DNA of 64,000 bases from Acanthaster planci. Lineage: Eukaryota. Positions 52,472-64,000 of the stretch are shown here, in pieces. The number at the start of each line of letters is the position of its first letter. The stretch's first letter is position 1. Location: positions 558,670 through 622,669 of the forward strand of contig NW_019091362.1 of the NCBI RefSeq assembly GCF_001949145.1. The letters run 5' to 3'. The notes below the pieces were generated by a model. It was not told where the DNA came from and searched no databases. It saw only the letters and a list, made by a program, of their open reading frames with translations. Made by a program: the position numbers and the translations under genes.

Positions 52472-55400
52472 AAAACTTGAATCACAGGTTTTAAGTTAAA
52501 CACTGTGATTTCATTTAAAAAGCCAAGTTGATAAGCACAGCAGCAGGAAAAACTGTCTGTCTCAGGTGTTTTGAAAGAGAGAGTACATGATTGAAATTTT
52601 GTCATGACTCACAGTGGCATAATGCACAAGCTGACTTTGCACTGACCATCCACCTACTTAGAGATGCACAGATAACAACCAACTCAACTGAGATTTAACA
52701 GCATAGCACCAGGCCAGTGGTTAAATCAAATGGATGACAGGAATAGTTGTGTTTCTTGTGGGCCATCACCTCAGGGTGTAAGAAGATCCAGAAATGTTAG
52801 GGATACCTCAGGCATGGGACCTATGATAATAGTGACACTCACCCACTCTTTGCATAATCATTACTTTGTGTCATGTCTTCAGAGGAATCGGATGTTACAT
52901 GTTTAGTGCTTGCTTGGACCATATCTGGACACTGCAAAGCACATGTCTGGATGAGGTCAGCCTGAGCCCAGCCAGAGGCAATATTAGCTGAAGACCATCT
53001 GCCACTGCTTCATTCAGAACTGTCAGTGACCATCATCACTTGACCAGCTCTGTTGTCAGCGATTGGTCGAGAATTGCCACCACTTGTGCTACAAGCTGAA
53101 GAGATCATAACCTGCTTCCTGAAACTTTAGAGGGCATTGCCCTGCTGCTTCATGCATGCAGTCATTGCAGGTCGAGCGGTATAAAACGTGTGCAATAAAT
53201 ATTTCTAATAAATTACATTCTTCTCTCAGCTCTCTACGCTTTCATGACCAGGCACTGTAAATCAGTTTTCTCATCCCACTGGTAATCTGTAGGGACTAAA
53301 CTATCACCTTCCTTTTTGTCCATTTGTGATCTATGTCTAAGGGTGATTCCAATATCAAATCCTTTTCCAATCATGACAACAGTTTTTTTCCTTCTTCTTG
53401 TGGCACTGTTCAGGCTAAGGTGCAGTCCAGTTGCTGTGAGGTGAAAGGATCAGGTGTCCTCTACGTGGAGACTCCTTGCTGTGTTTTTCATAATTGTTTG
53501 CAGTATAAGTTTCTTATTTCTGCTTATGATTTGAGCATAGCTCTAGGAGATTTGAGATGATGAACAGTGCATGTCTTCAAGCTTTAGCAGCAAACTCATC
53601 ATTCATCCTACTGAGATTTGTGACCCAAACTTGCATTTGCATCACGATGCAAGGAGATGTGGATTCCTTAGCCTCACTTTAACCCCCAGAGCTGGAGAAA
53701 GTTTAGAAATTACTAGCTACTCATTATTTGAAAAACTGATGACAAATGAGCAGATATAACTGAGATATGGCCCGAAATTCAAAGCTTTTAAGTAGTTCAT
53801 TTTCATTGTTTTGTCTATTTTGTTTCCATGACTACTCATCAGCAATCAGTATGTTAGTTTTTCAGGACTCCAAAGGAACAATGAACTTAAAACGTGAACA
53901 GGTCTCCAATAGGAAGTGTAACCTTGCCCCAGCTGGAAGGGAGAGTCTTCTCCTTCAGATGGGTCAAAATTAGCATTTTTATCACCATCTTTGACAAATT
54001 GAAACAGGTTAAAATTGTCACTGTGTAGGTGTGAATCTCAATCAAGCGCACACCACCAAGACACTGTGAACCATCATTTTTCAGAACCATTCTTTGATTT
54101 ATTCTTCTCAACATGAACTGCCTTTAAAGCTGTTGATGAAAAAATTCCTGGAATGAATTTGTCCATGCAAATGTGGTGTTTAGAAAAAAATTGCAAAAAG
54201 AAGTGGAAACCGAAACCTTTTTGCTGCATCTCACCTTCCCAAAATGCAACTTTCATCTCACTGTACGTGAAGATTAATGAGTGATAAACTTCTTTGGTGC
54301 AGCCTCTTGGAAAAGATAAATTATGAAATTCAAGTGCTAATTTTCCTTCAGGACACTCTTGGCTCAGTCTGTTGCCAAAAGCAATTTATTTTTTCTCCTG
54401 GAACGCCAGCAACATTGGTGACGCTAGAAAGATATCAGTCACATTCAGAGAGAAACTCTTCAGGCTGCCACACTCAAAAAGCGGGAAAGACAATCTTAAG
54501 TGAAAAAGACCCAACCCATTTCTGTTCAGGAACAAACTCTCTATATCTTGCTGTTTAAAGCTCACTTTTTTTTTCATGGAACCTGTTTGTTCCTAACTTG
54601 AATTCAACCTGTACCCCAGCTGTCTAGATGTGAACCTTTCACCTTGAGTGCATATTGGTAGCATGACTTCGGTCATTGCCCCACACTGGTCAACATTCTG
54701 TAACTAATCACTCCAGATACAATAGAAATTTCCTTACTGGTATTTTTTATACATGTTATGTGTTTTCCTCATCATGTCGTCAACCTAGATCATACTCAGA
54801 ATGTTTACATTGATTGGAAATTCTTAGCCTCGGTCAACATCTACTGTCAAGCGTTCCTCAGTGGTTTATGTTTATTTGTTTCCTCTGCTTCAACAAAACA
54901 GACAGCTGTTTGAATAAACTTGACTTGCATTCACATCTGCTCTTGAAATTCCAAGCGGTTGAAATTCCAGGTAGAAGCTTTATAGTTTGCTATTACACTA
55001 AAATTTCCCTGCCAGGTTTCCAAATCCCCATTGTCTGTTGACACCCTGCAAGGGCATGTGTGTATGTGCACTCTAAAGCTAATCTCTGGAATACCTCATT
55101 GATGAAAAGCTCTGTCCTGATACTCGGGGAAATCAAAAATCAATTTTCACTTCCTAACCCAACTTGATTGGCTCCGTTCTGCTGTGTGCTGTCTTACTCT
55201 TGGCCTTAAGTTCTTCCTCTTGTCCCATCTCTCGGCATGTGCTTATTGCAAGATGTCTTCTCTTCTGGCATTGATTTGTTCCCTGTGCCTCTTCCCATCA
55301 ACCATGTCACTGTCAAGTCCCGCGTCCATCCAGCCAATTAAAGGTTGCATATCGTCTCCTGGCATCGCTGACAGATAGGGCTGATATTGCCTTCAGATGT

Positions 55401-58400
55401 TGGGGCAACATTCAGGACAGTTTACTGACCCGCCCCCCATCTTGTTGTTGATTGCATCCTTTTTCCTTGTTTAACCCATCCATCACCCCCCCCCCACTGA
55501 CCATGTTCAATTGTCTTTCTCTTCACTCTTTTTGTGATTCACCCGTTTCTCAGTAGCCAAATCGTCTCTTGATAGTAGACCAGTTTCTTTCGAAATTTAA
55601 AGATGATTCGTCATTCCAACTTTTACGATGGCTGTTATTTCCATTTCAATCCAGATTTTTTGGACTACATCCAATTTCATGTGACGAAAATGTCCAAGCT
55701 ATTCATGAAAGATTTAATTGCATGTTAATGACCCACAACATATTACATCCCAAAGTGCAGTGGTTTTACGTTGTTGGATCCAAAAGACAGATTCACCCAA
55801 AATTAGTCATTTACATTAAAGAAAACAAAAATACTGATAAATATAGATATTCCGATTTTGATTTCCTTTGGTTCATTCTGTTTGGAAAATTCCAAGTATT
55901 TTAGATTTCTGACCCCCCAATACTTTGTAACAAGATACAAAGCATCAATAGTGAGAACTGATACTGTGACTACTTTAAATATTGATCTGACATATTTCCC
56001 ATTTGAATAATTTATCAGTCATTTATTCTATTCTTTATGACTCCTTACTCTGACTCCATTCTCCTAATCACACCTCAGCTCATTTAGTTCTTGTATCATC
56101 AACATTACTCACCTTGTATTTCTCATTGTGTATTTGAATCCTTGGGCTTATCACATATTTACCAAATCTCCATGCCTTTCAGTCACAGAGAAGGAAAACA
56201 TTATTCACTCCTTTTCAGTGGTTCAGGTTGTCTCGTCTGATTCTCGAGGCACGGCTGTCCCTTCTCCTCCTAATCCACCGTTTTTGGTTCTTCATTCTGA
56301 GAGAGTGAGCCCCCTTAGGCGTCCAGGTGTATGCGCAACCAAGCTCTGTATGACCTTTTAGCGCTGGCACTGGCGGGCATTTTGATTAGCTTTAAACAAG
56401 GAGGCTTGAGGGTATTCCTCCTCCTTTGATGCAGCAGGGTTGCAGAGATTCCCCAGGGAGTATGTGTGATCTGATTGTGTACCCTTTTCTCCTCTTCACT
56501 TGTTCACTCAGGCTAAGTTTCTGGAACATCTAGCTTGCAATCTGGGAGCTTCAGAATCGGGTGGGTGTTCTATTGTGGTGGTTGTTAGGATCCAGATGAA
56601 TTGCCCAAGTGTCCCAGTCTCGTCATACCAAAAGATCTGTAGAAATTCTGGTTAATTCCCCAGAAAGAGAGAAATTAAACATTTCTTGACCTGTTGCAGA
56701 CTGAAGACAGGGAAAGGTCTGAGCACTGCCAATATTAAAATCAGTTAGGGAACTCTTACCTTTGCGTGCCGATGTACATTTAGACATGCTATGATAATTG
56801 CTTCACAGAATTCCATTCAGTTGATGGCTAGAACTGTTCATAGCTCTAGAATGTTACTCTGCAAATCACTGACCCACCTTGTAAAGCTTGGATTATTTGA
56901 CTGAGTGATTAATCTTTTCCTCAGCATCTGTACAATAATGTAGCGTGGATGGGTGGCATAGAAATGCCACTTTAGACAGGTTTAATCTCTGTCATGGTCC
57001 ATGCCATGATTGCAGCATGTCAGGTTGACACGTATATATATTTTACTTTCACGGCCGACTTCCCAAAATCAACGGCATCACCGGCACTGTTAGCGCCTTT
57101 TGTTTCTGTAGGGTAATAGATTTTCCTAGTTCCTTCGGCCTCACATCCCCTTGGGTCCACAGACTGGAAAGAGGAATCCATTGAACTATCAGGCCTGTAG
57201 AACAAGAGCGGGAAATTGGAGTTAGTGTTTTGATTCCAGGAATATTTGAATTGATACCGAGAGATTAAGGGGCTGCGACCTCAAGTAGTTGAAGGGTTAA
57301 ATTTTGTAATGAAGGAATGCAATTGCAAAATGAACGTGTAGATGAGAACAAGCAATGTATCCATTTGCCTACTGTAGGTACTTCAGTGATTATTATTTCA
57401 AAATCCCCTTATTACCTGAAATGTCATTCAGTAACTTCTTTTAGGGTTACCTCAGAATTATTAAAGAAAATAAAAGTTTTCTCCTTAATTCAGGATTGTT
57501 CAGAATTTTTTTTCCCTTTCTTGTGGTGTGAGACAAAGTGGAAGTGGTGACCAACGCATTTTATTGTTGTCGTTTTGATGGACAATACATGAATGAGCAG
57601 GATGTTGTTTTGGATGACTGAAGGACTGATTTTGGTTTTTTCAATTTATTTGTCAAACGTCTGAATCATAGGATGTTTTGAACCGCAGATTTAATAAGCA
57701 ATTGGCAGCATGATGAAATCATTTATGCTCAGTGGTGCTAGATACTTCAAACTACACTAGGTCGTGGCATTTCTGAAGAAATTTTTTTTTCTGATATCAG
57801 AACCATGAGTAGAATCAAAGGCCATCAATGTTTATGAAAATGAATTGCAAAAATGATCAACAGTTGAAAGGGGTGGTGCCAACTGCCAAAATACACACCA
57901 TGTGTAAGCTTTGCTTAAAGTCTCAGTGGGATCATAAACCAAACATATTACGTCTAACTTGGTGGTAAAAACTTTCCAGAGATGGGTTGCCATGTTGTGT
58001 CTGGATACTGGGATCCATCATGTCGCAGTCATCCACAACTTTGGCTTGGTATGACACAGGGAACATTCCACAGAGGAAGCCACCTCCCTGGGTCATTTCC
58101 TGCAGGTGCAGCTAAGCCTCACATAGTCAGCTGTGTTCTATTCTACCACAGCACTTGCTGGGATGATATCTGTCATTACTGTTTTTAGTTTGTGGTCATC
58201 GCTAACCTCTGGTGTAGAGACAAACATTATCGTGATTGGTTGTATTTCCCGTACTGAAACTGAGAATACTAAACATGAACCAATCCAAGGACTATTTCTT
58301 TGCATGAAGTTTTGTAATGAAGAAGTGCTGTTGAATTAAAATGCCATTTGTGAAAGTTAAAAAAGTTATGATGTTTTGCTGAAGATAAAAAGGACTTCAT

Positions 58401-61400
58401 AATATTCAGAGGAGAATAATGGTGATTGTGCAGTGGAATTCCAGTAATGTGTTGTTAAAAGCACGAACCATTTCCAGACAGATTAGTTATGTAAACTGAG
58501 ATTTTAGGGTGTGATTTTGTTTTTCATTTACAAGGAAATAATTTTTTTTAATTGCAAATACAGTCTTTTGATGATTTCAACACTGAGTTTTGCATACATT
58601 GGTAATTAGGTTGCAAAATGTGTCAACATTTCTATTTGAGAGATGGGAGTGTCCAGTGCAGCAGAGACACAGGAATTTCCTTTTCCTGTCAAAACAGTTC
58701 AGTCCGCCGGTTTCCTTTTGCTCAATGTACTTATGCACGTGTGTTTGTGCATGTTTGTAGTCATTCCTCGAAAGCAAAACCTGGCGTGGGACAACATACA
58801 TGTGCTGTTCTGCTTGATTTTAAAGTGAAGTTGAACCTCACAGCATGTTTGTTTCATGCGAGGGGTTCCATACATTTGAGATTGCAACAGCGGACTACCA
58901 GCTGACCCAAAGGATCTGTGTTTTTGATGAACTCTGTTGTCTTATGATGTAGAAACTTGAAGTTTGTTCCCAACCACTGAGTGCAAGGAATCAGGAGTAG
59001 CTTCCATGCAGGTGTCTGCTTGTTACTGTGGAAGCCGATTGCTTCTGTGCGTACAACCCTGGGTGCTCAAATGTGGATGTGCTTGTGTGGATCTTGTGAT
59101 AAATGGCATTGCTATACTCAAAGTGGAAATTTGGCAGTGTCCGTGTGGATAGTCACTTGGGAAGTTGCATTTCTTGCCACGTTTCATGATCAAAAAAATC
59201 TACTGACTTACTTGAAAATTGTTTGTCAAAAGACTTGTGTCACAGGATTCTGGAATGAAGGATGTTGGAAACTTAGAGCAATATATCAATTCAGATGATA
59301 GCAAAGTAACTTCACCTTTTACTTGCTGATTTGCACGTTTCACCAATATGTCACTGTGTTACCCACCCTGCTTGAAAACTATGATAAAAATGACAGGTTT
59401 GGTATCATTCGCTCAAGTGCGGGAAATAGCATGAGGAAAGCCAGGGAAACACGGTTAGGAGATTGTCAAAGTGGAAAATTGTTGGTTGTCGGCGTTAGCT
59501 AGGTGACTTTCTCGAGAGGATGGAGTTGGTTGTCAGTCCGGTGGGAGTGATCTTAAGGAATCCCGAAGGGAGGAGGGGAAGCCGAACCTATCCCAAAGGA
59601 ATGCGACCGGATTCCATGGATCTCAGCCGCAGACGGCTACAGCTAAGCACCACCACAGGGAGGTATGTCCAAGAACAGAGGAAGTTGGAGGGAAGTCCTC
59701 CCTAGGGGCTCCCTCTGTTGGCTCCAGTCAGAGATCACTAGGCCGAGATTGCTGCTTCGCTTGAGCATAGCCTAGTGAAATCTAAGGGTCTGTTTGTTGT
59801 ACATGGATTCAGGATCTTGACCAGTGATCCTAATGCTGGTTTGCACATCCATGAGGTAGGTTGTGGTGTCAGGAAACTAATGACAGATCACTGATTGCCA
59901 TCCAGATCGATGTGAAACAAACAGGACCTATAGCTTTTTGGAAAAGGCTTGCCAGCGGATAAGCATGATATCTTCCAAGTTGAATAGTGAACTTCACTGG
60001 AAATCTCTCTTTACATGCCACTCTAAGTGACAGTGTTAAATGCGTATGTCCAAATTTGAGTGAAATTTCTCTCAAGGCAGAGCTGAATCTTTCCTCTTTT
60101 CTTTCTTTCAACATAAATTAATAGATTCATATACGTATTTGTTTACACTTTAAGCCATGAGTATGAAAGATGTGTTTAGCCTGAATCAGTGAAGTGAGTA
60201 ATAACTCAATTGTTTGAAGGAATGTGGTTTTCATAGGTGACTTTTTCTTTTCTCTCAGGGGTTGTCCTTTAAATAGCAGTCTACATTCCTATTGGCTCTA
60301 CCCAGTTGGTGCTTTGCATGAATAATTTAGGGCATGGTTTGATTTATAAATGCAAATGAATTGAGGGTTGGACAAATAGTGTGATTAAGCCAGCTGTTGC
60401 AATTTTTTTGTGTGAGAAACTGACCTGAATGCCCTACTCTCTGGCACATCACAATTGCAAAGCGATCTGTGTGCACCAAAATGGTGCTTTGTTTGAAAAC
60501 AATCAGTCTAGTAACCTGTACCTGAATGCAGGAAATTGGGTGGGAAGTTAAGCTGTAAGCTTTCAATATGCCTGCCTGTAAGATGTTATGCACTGATGAT
60601 ATCTCTCTGTGTTTACATGTGCACTTTGCTTTGGAGCCAGTGGGTGTCCACGGGCCACTGAACACCTACAGGAAAGCACACTTACAGTGTGGCCCCGTCA
60701 GTACAGAAATCTATACATGTACAGTTTTTCCTACCACCAGACCTTCTGCAGAAAGTGACAGTAATGATCAGTGACATCTCGTTCACCTTAGAAATTGCTT
60801 GCAGTAATCCAGATCAAACTGACTGCATCATTTGTTATGGCAAAATATTTGCACATAATGACTTGTACATATGTGACATGACACTTCAAAGCACTTAATG
60901 TCGTTAGCTCAAGCAGCAGGTGAACATGGGTCAGCGATGCCTGCTCTTCCAATATGCTAGTGCTTGGCACTTTCATCCCGCATCCCAATCATTTTTTGTC
61001 AAGGTCTGTTGCCCGTAGCAATTGATGCTGATATTCTCATCATTTTGAGAATGACATGTGTTTGGATAGAGTGCAGTGTCATAATTGCATTTGCCAGCAT
61101 TGCTCACTCATGATCTAATATTTCCTTAAACGAAAAATCGTCCTCGAAAGATACCACTTGTTTAAAAATGTGCTGAACATCAGCCTGTCCTGTCAAGTAC
61201 TGCACACTCACTTAGATTTTCAGTGAATTCTCCAATATCCACAACAATGAAGGAACCCAACCACGTATCCCAAGTAAGTTAGCTTTTCCAGTGTACAGCA
61301 TCTCATGTACATGTAAGTTACCTTTTTGGACACATGTCATCCTGTGTAAGCTAACCTCCAAACTGCACGACATCCCGGATAAAGGTTGCCTGGCTGGAGG

Positions 61401-64000
61401 ATTTTGGAAGGCTCGGGAATTGACAAAAGGGAATATATAACTGAGTAAAATGTGATAACATAGCAACATGTAATGCAGCCTTCACACTTGTGCCTGTATG
61501 CAGATAAGTTGTCAGAGAATGACTGTGGTAGATGGTGATTTCCGGAAAGAATTTGTTTCTCGAGTAAAGTTTTGCAGTTAGTCAGAAATCTGGGGCAGTA
61601 GTGTTTGTCTCTTTTGTATCCTAATTTTTGGGTACACTAATGTGAATTTCAGAAGAGATTGATTTTAAAAATAAACTTCAGGGGGAAGAAAACAATGTAT
61701 TGGAGCATCCTGTGTTTTGCCAAGTCACATGATTGAGGATTCCAGGGAATCATTAGGTTCAAGGACAAGACAAGATGAGTAACTAGTTGTATCATTCAGC
61801 CTGGTTTCCTGCACACCTGGTTCCCTTGAAGTATTGAGGGTTATAGCTAATTGATCAAGAGACTACCTTTTACATTAACAATGGCAGCAGTAAAAATCCA
61901 TGTACATGTACCTGGAAGATGGGTTGTGTTGTGGCACTTATTGCACAGACTGTCAGAGATGCAACATTGAACGTGTTTCATGTCACAAGGCCATCCGTTT
62001 AAATATCTCTGTCAGTGTTATCACTCATTTCCGACTAGACAGATACATGAAGACGTCAGTCAGCATCTTCATTGGACCTTATTACATCGGAGGTCAATCC
62101 CCCCCCTCCACTTCCAAGCCTGTAGCACTGTGCTCAAAGTTATGCAGCATATCAAGACCTCCCATATATGGTGGAACCAAGCCTTGCAGCTCACTTCACT
62201 TGCATTCTCTACCAGTTATCATCTCTGCAAAACTTCCTCTGCATCAGTTTTTTTCCTCCTTAGTGGGTTGTTTTGCCTGAGTGAACCCTGTATATTGCCA
62301 GGCTGGATATGTGGATGGCATCAATTTATAAGGAATGATGGCTGAAACAGCTGTCTGCCCAGCAAGGTAGGAAGTTATTATGTGATAGATTCCTAGGTAT
62401 TTTCTTGTTCTCTGTTGATGTTCTCTAGGACAGATTTGTTTCTCCGGGATCCTCTTGTAATTGTTTTCCAGTCTGGGGCCGGTATGTCCTGTGGGCCCTG
62501 CCTGCTGACTTGGTGGATTCCTTAAGGACTCTTCTCCACATTTCAGAGGGATGGCAGCGTGTCACATTCGCCGCTCACCAACGTACAAGTTCATGTGCCT
62601 TCTCAGTCTGCTCGGACATTGATGGCAGAATCATTAGGCCTCAGGAATGTCTTAAAAGGGATAAACAAGAGAAGCTCGTGTTTGCAAGAAAGTTTGAATG
62701 GTCTCTCTCTTTTACTCTGTCTTGGAGATGCTGACCTGACTTCCTGGCACCTCTTTTTTTTTCTTTGACTACCGCACTGTCTCCATCTGCTATCTTTTTT
62801 CCATCCTCCCCCCCCCACCCTGAGTCTGCAACTCAACTTGTTTTTCTATTCATCCATCGAGCAATTGCAGTTGAGCTTTTTATTTCGTTATCTTTGTTAG
62901 TGTCTCAAGGAGCATAGGTAACATTCAGTGGCATTGCTGTCCCTGGAGAGCTCTCACTTCTTCAACTTGCAGAGAGATGAAATCTTTCAAAATCTAATAA
63001 ATATGTCTCACTTGATCATGGAGGTTCGGAAGTGAGCAAATTGACACATTAGAGAAAGTTGTGAAGTAACCCAAGACGTGTTTTGAAGTTGGACAGCGTT
63101 TCCCTTGTTATTCTTTCGATTCAGCGAATTTTTAGGTTTCAGAGTGAGTAGGAAGTTGACCAAGGGCACCTCGTTAAAAATTACCTGAAGCAATTTCTTG
63201 CAAAACAGTATCTGAGGGGGGTGTTGCTTCCTGACAAAACAACATTGGGGTAGGGGTTTGTGCTTAAGATTAAACCAGCAAGTCTGCTCAGATTCACCCA
63301 AAAACGGCAAGCAACTGGAGAGAAAGAAATGGCAGCTTGTATATCAAGCATTGCTTTCATATATCATTCTGTGACTAAATGATGTTTACACCATTGTCAG
63401 GAACCACGGGAGGGAACTACAGCTTTAGGGAATAATCCCACAACCTAAGCATTGTTTGGGCATTCCAGTAAAGATTAGGACCTTTCCAAAGTAACAGCTT
63501 GTAAGATTCAAACATTCAAAATATGGAAATACTGTCAATGCAACTTCTCCCTTCTTTTCTGTGTTTTCTGTCCACTGACATTTTCAGATGGTAAACTTGA
63601 AATCGTCTTCGCAGATTGAACTTCTCCAAATCTTTGCCCTTTGAAGTGTTTTCCTAAAAAAAGTCAACACGGTTGCTTGTCCAAACACAGAGACCTAAAT
63701 TTATATTTAATGCGGTTTTGCATGTTTTTAGACCACAAAATTCCGAAAAACAGATTAGACCTTAACAAGTTGACTTCCAAATATAAAACTCTTTAATTTC
63801 ACTATTTACAAACATGATACCCTTGCGGAGGACTTTGTGGCATGCCCCAAGTGGCCTTTGTTTTTGACACTATCACAAGAGTTAATAGTAACAATGAATT
63901 TTTGGTTGGTTGAAGAAGGTGGATTTTCTTAATCCTATCCTTTCAGAAGCTCTGCTGTCAACTTTCAAATTGGGCAACAAAGTGTTATGAAATCCTCACC

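Noticed and set aside
62335..62366. Mini first exon MMAETAVCPA ending at AAG|gtagga (phase 2)
   Set aside because: Too short to distinguish from chance.
207..63310. Remaining 60-140 aa ORFs on both strands, and autonomous transposase or reverse transcriptase genes
   Set aside because: No recognisable domains, many start at non-ATG codons, and lengths fit random expectation. I saw no RT, integrase or DDE motifs.

Overview
Animal (non-vertebrate-looking, about 40% GC, CpG-depleted) genomic DNA with three assembly gaps. Almost the whole window is intronic sequence of one + strand gene, a neurabin/spinophilin (PPP1R9 family) PP1 regulatory subunit. Three short coding exons splice in frame: 28448-28580, 46237-46357 and 49429-49533. 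They encode the C-terminal part of the PP1-binding region and most of the PDZ domain. I found neither the upstream RVxF exon nor the downstream coiled-coil exons, so the flanking introns appear to be >28 kb and >14 kb. The introns hold an inverted pair of tRNA-derived SINEs, several short non-autonomous DNA transposons (Tc1/mariner-like with TA sites, piggyBac-like with TTAA sites), and mini/microsatellites. The palindrome TACATGTA is strongly over-represented and matches the Tc1 excision footprint. A few ATG-initiated segments end at splice donors in a phase compatible with the gene and could be unannotated alternative first exons. Apart from those overlapping the exons, the ORF-track ORFs look like noise or span N gaps. 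I see no evidence of a prokaryotic-type or clearly new multi-gene system; the findings are hypotheses to test.
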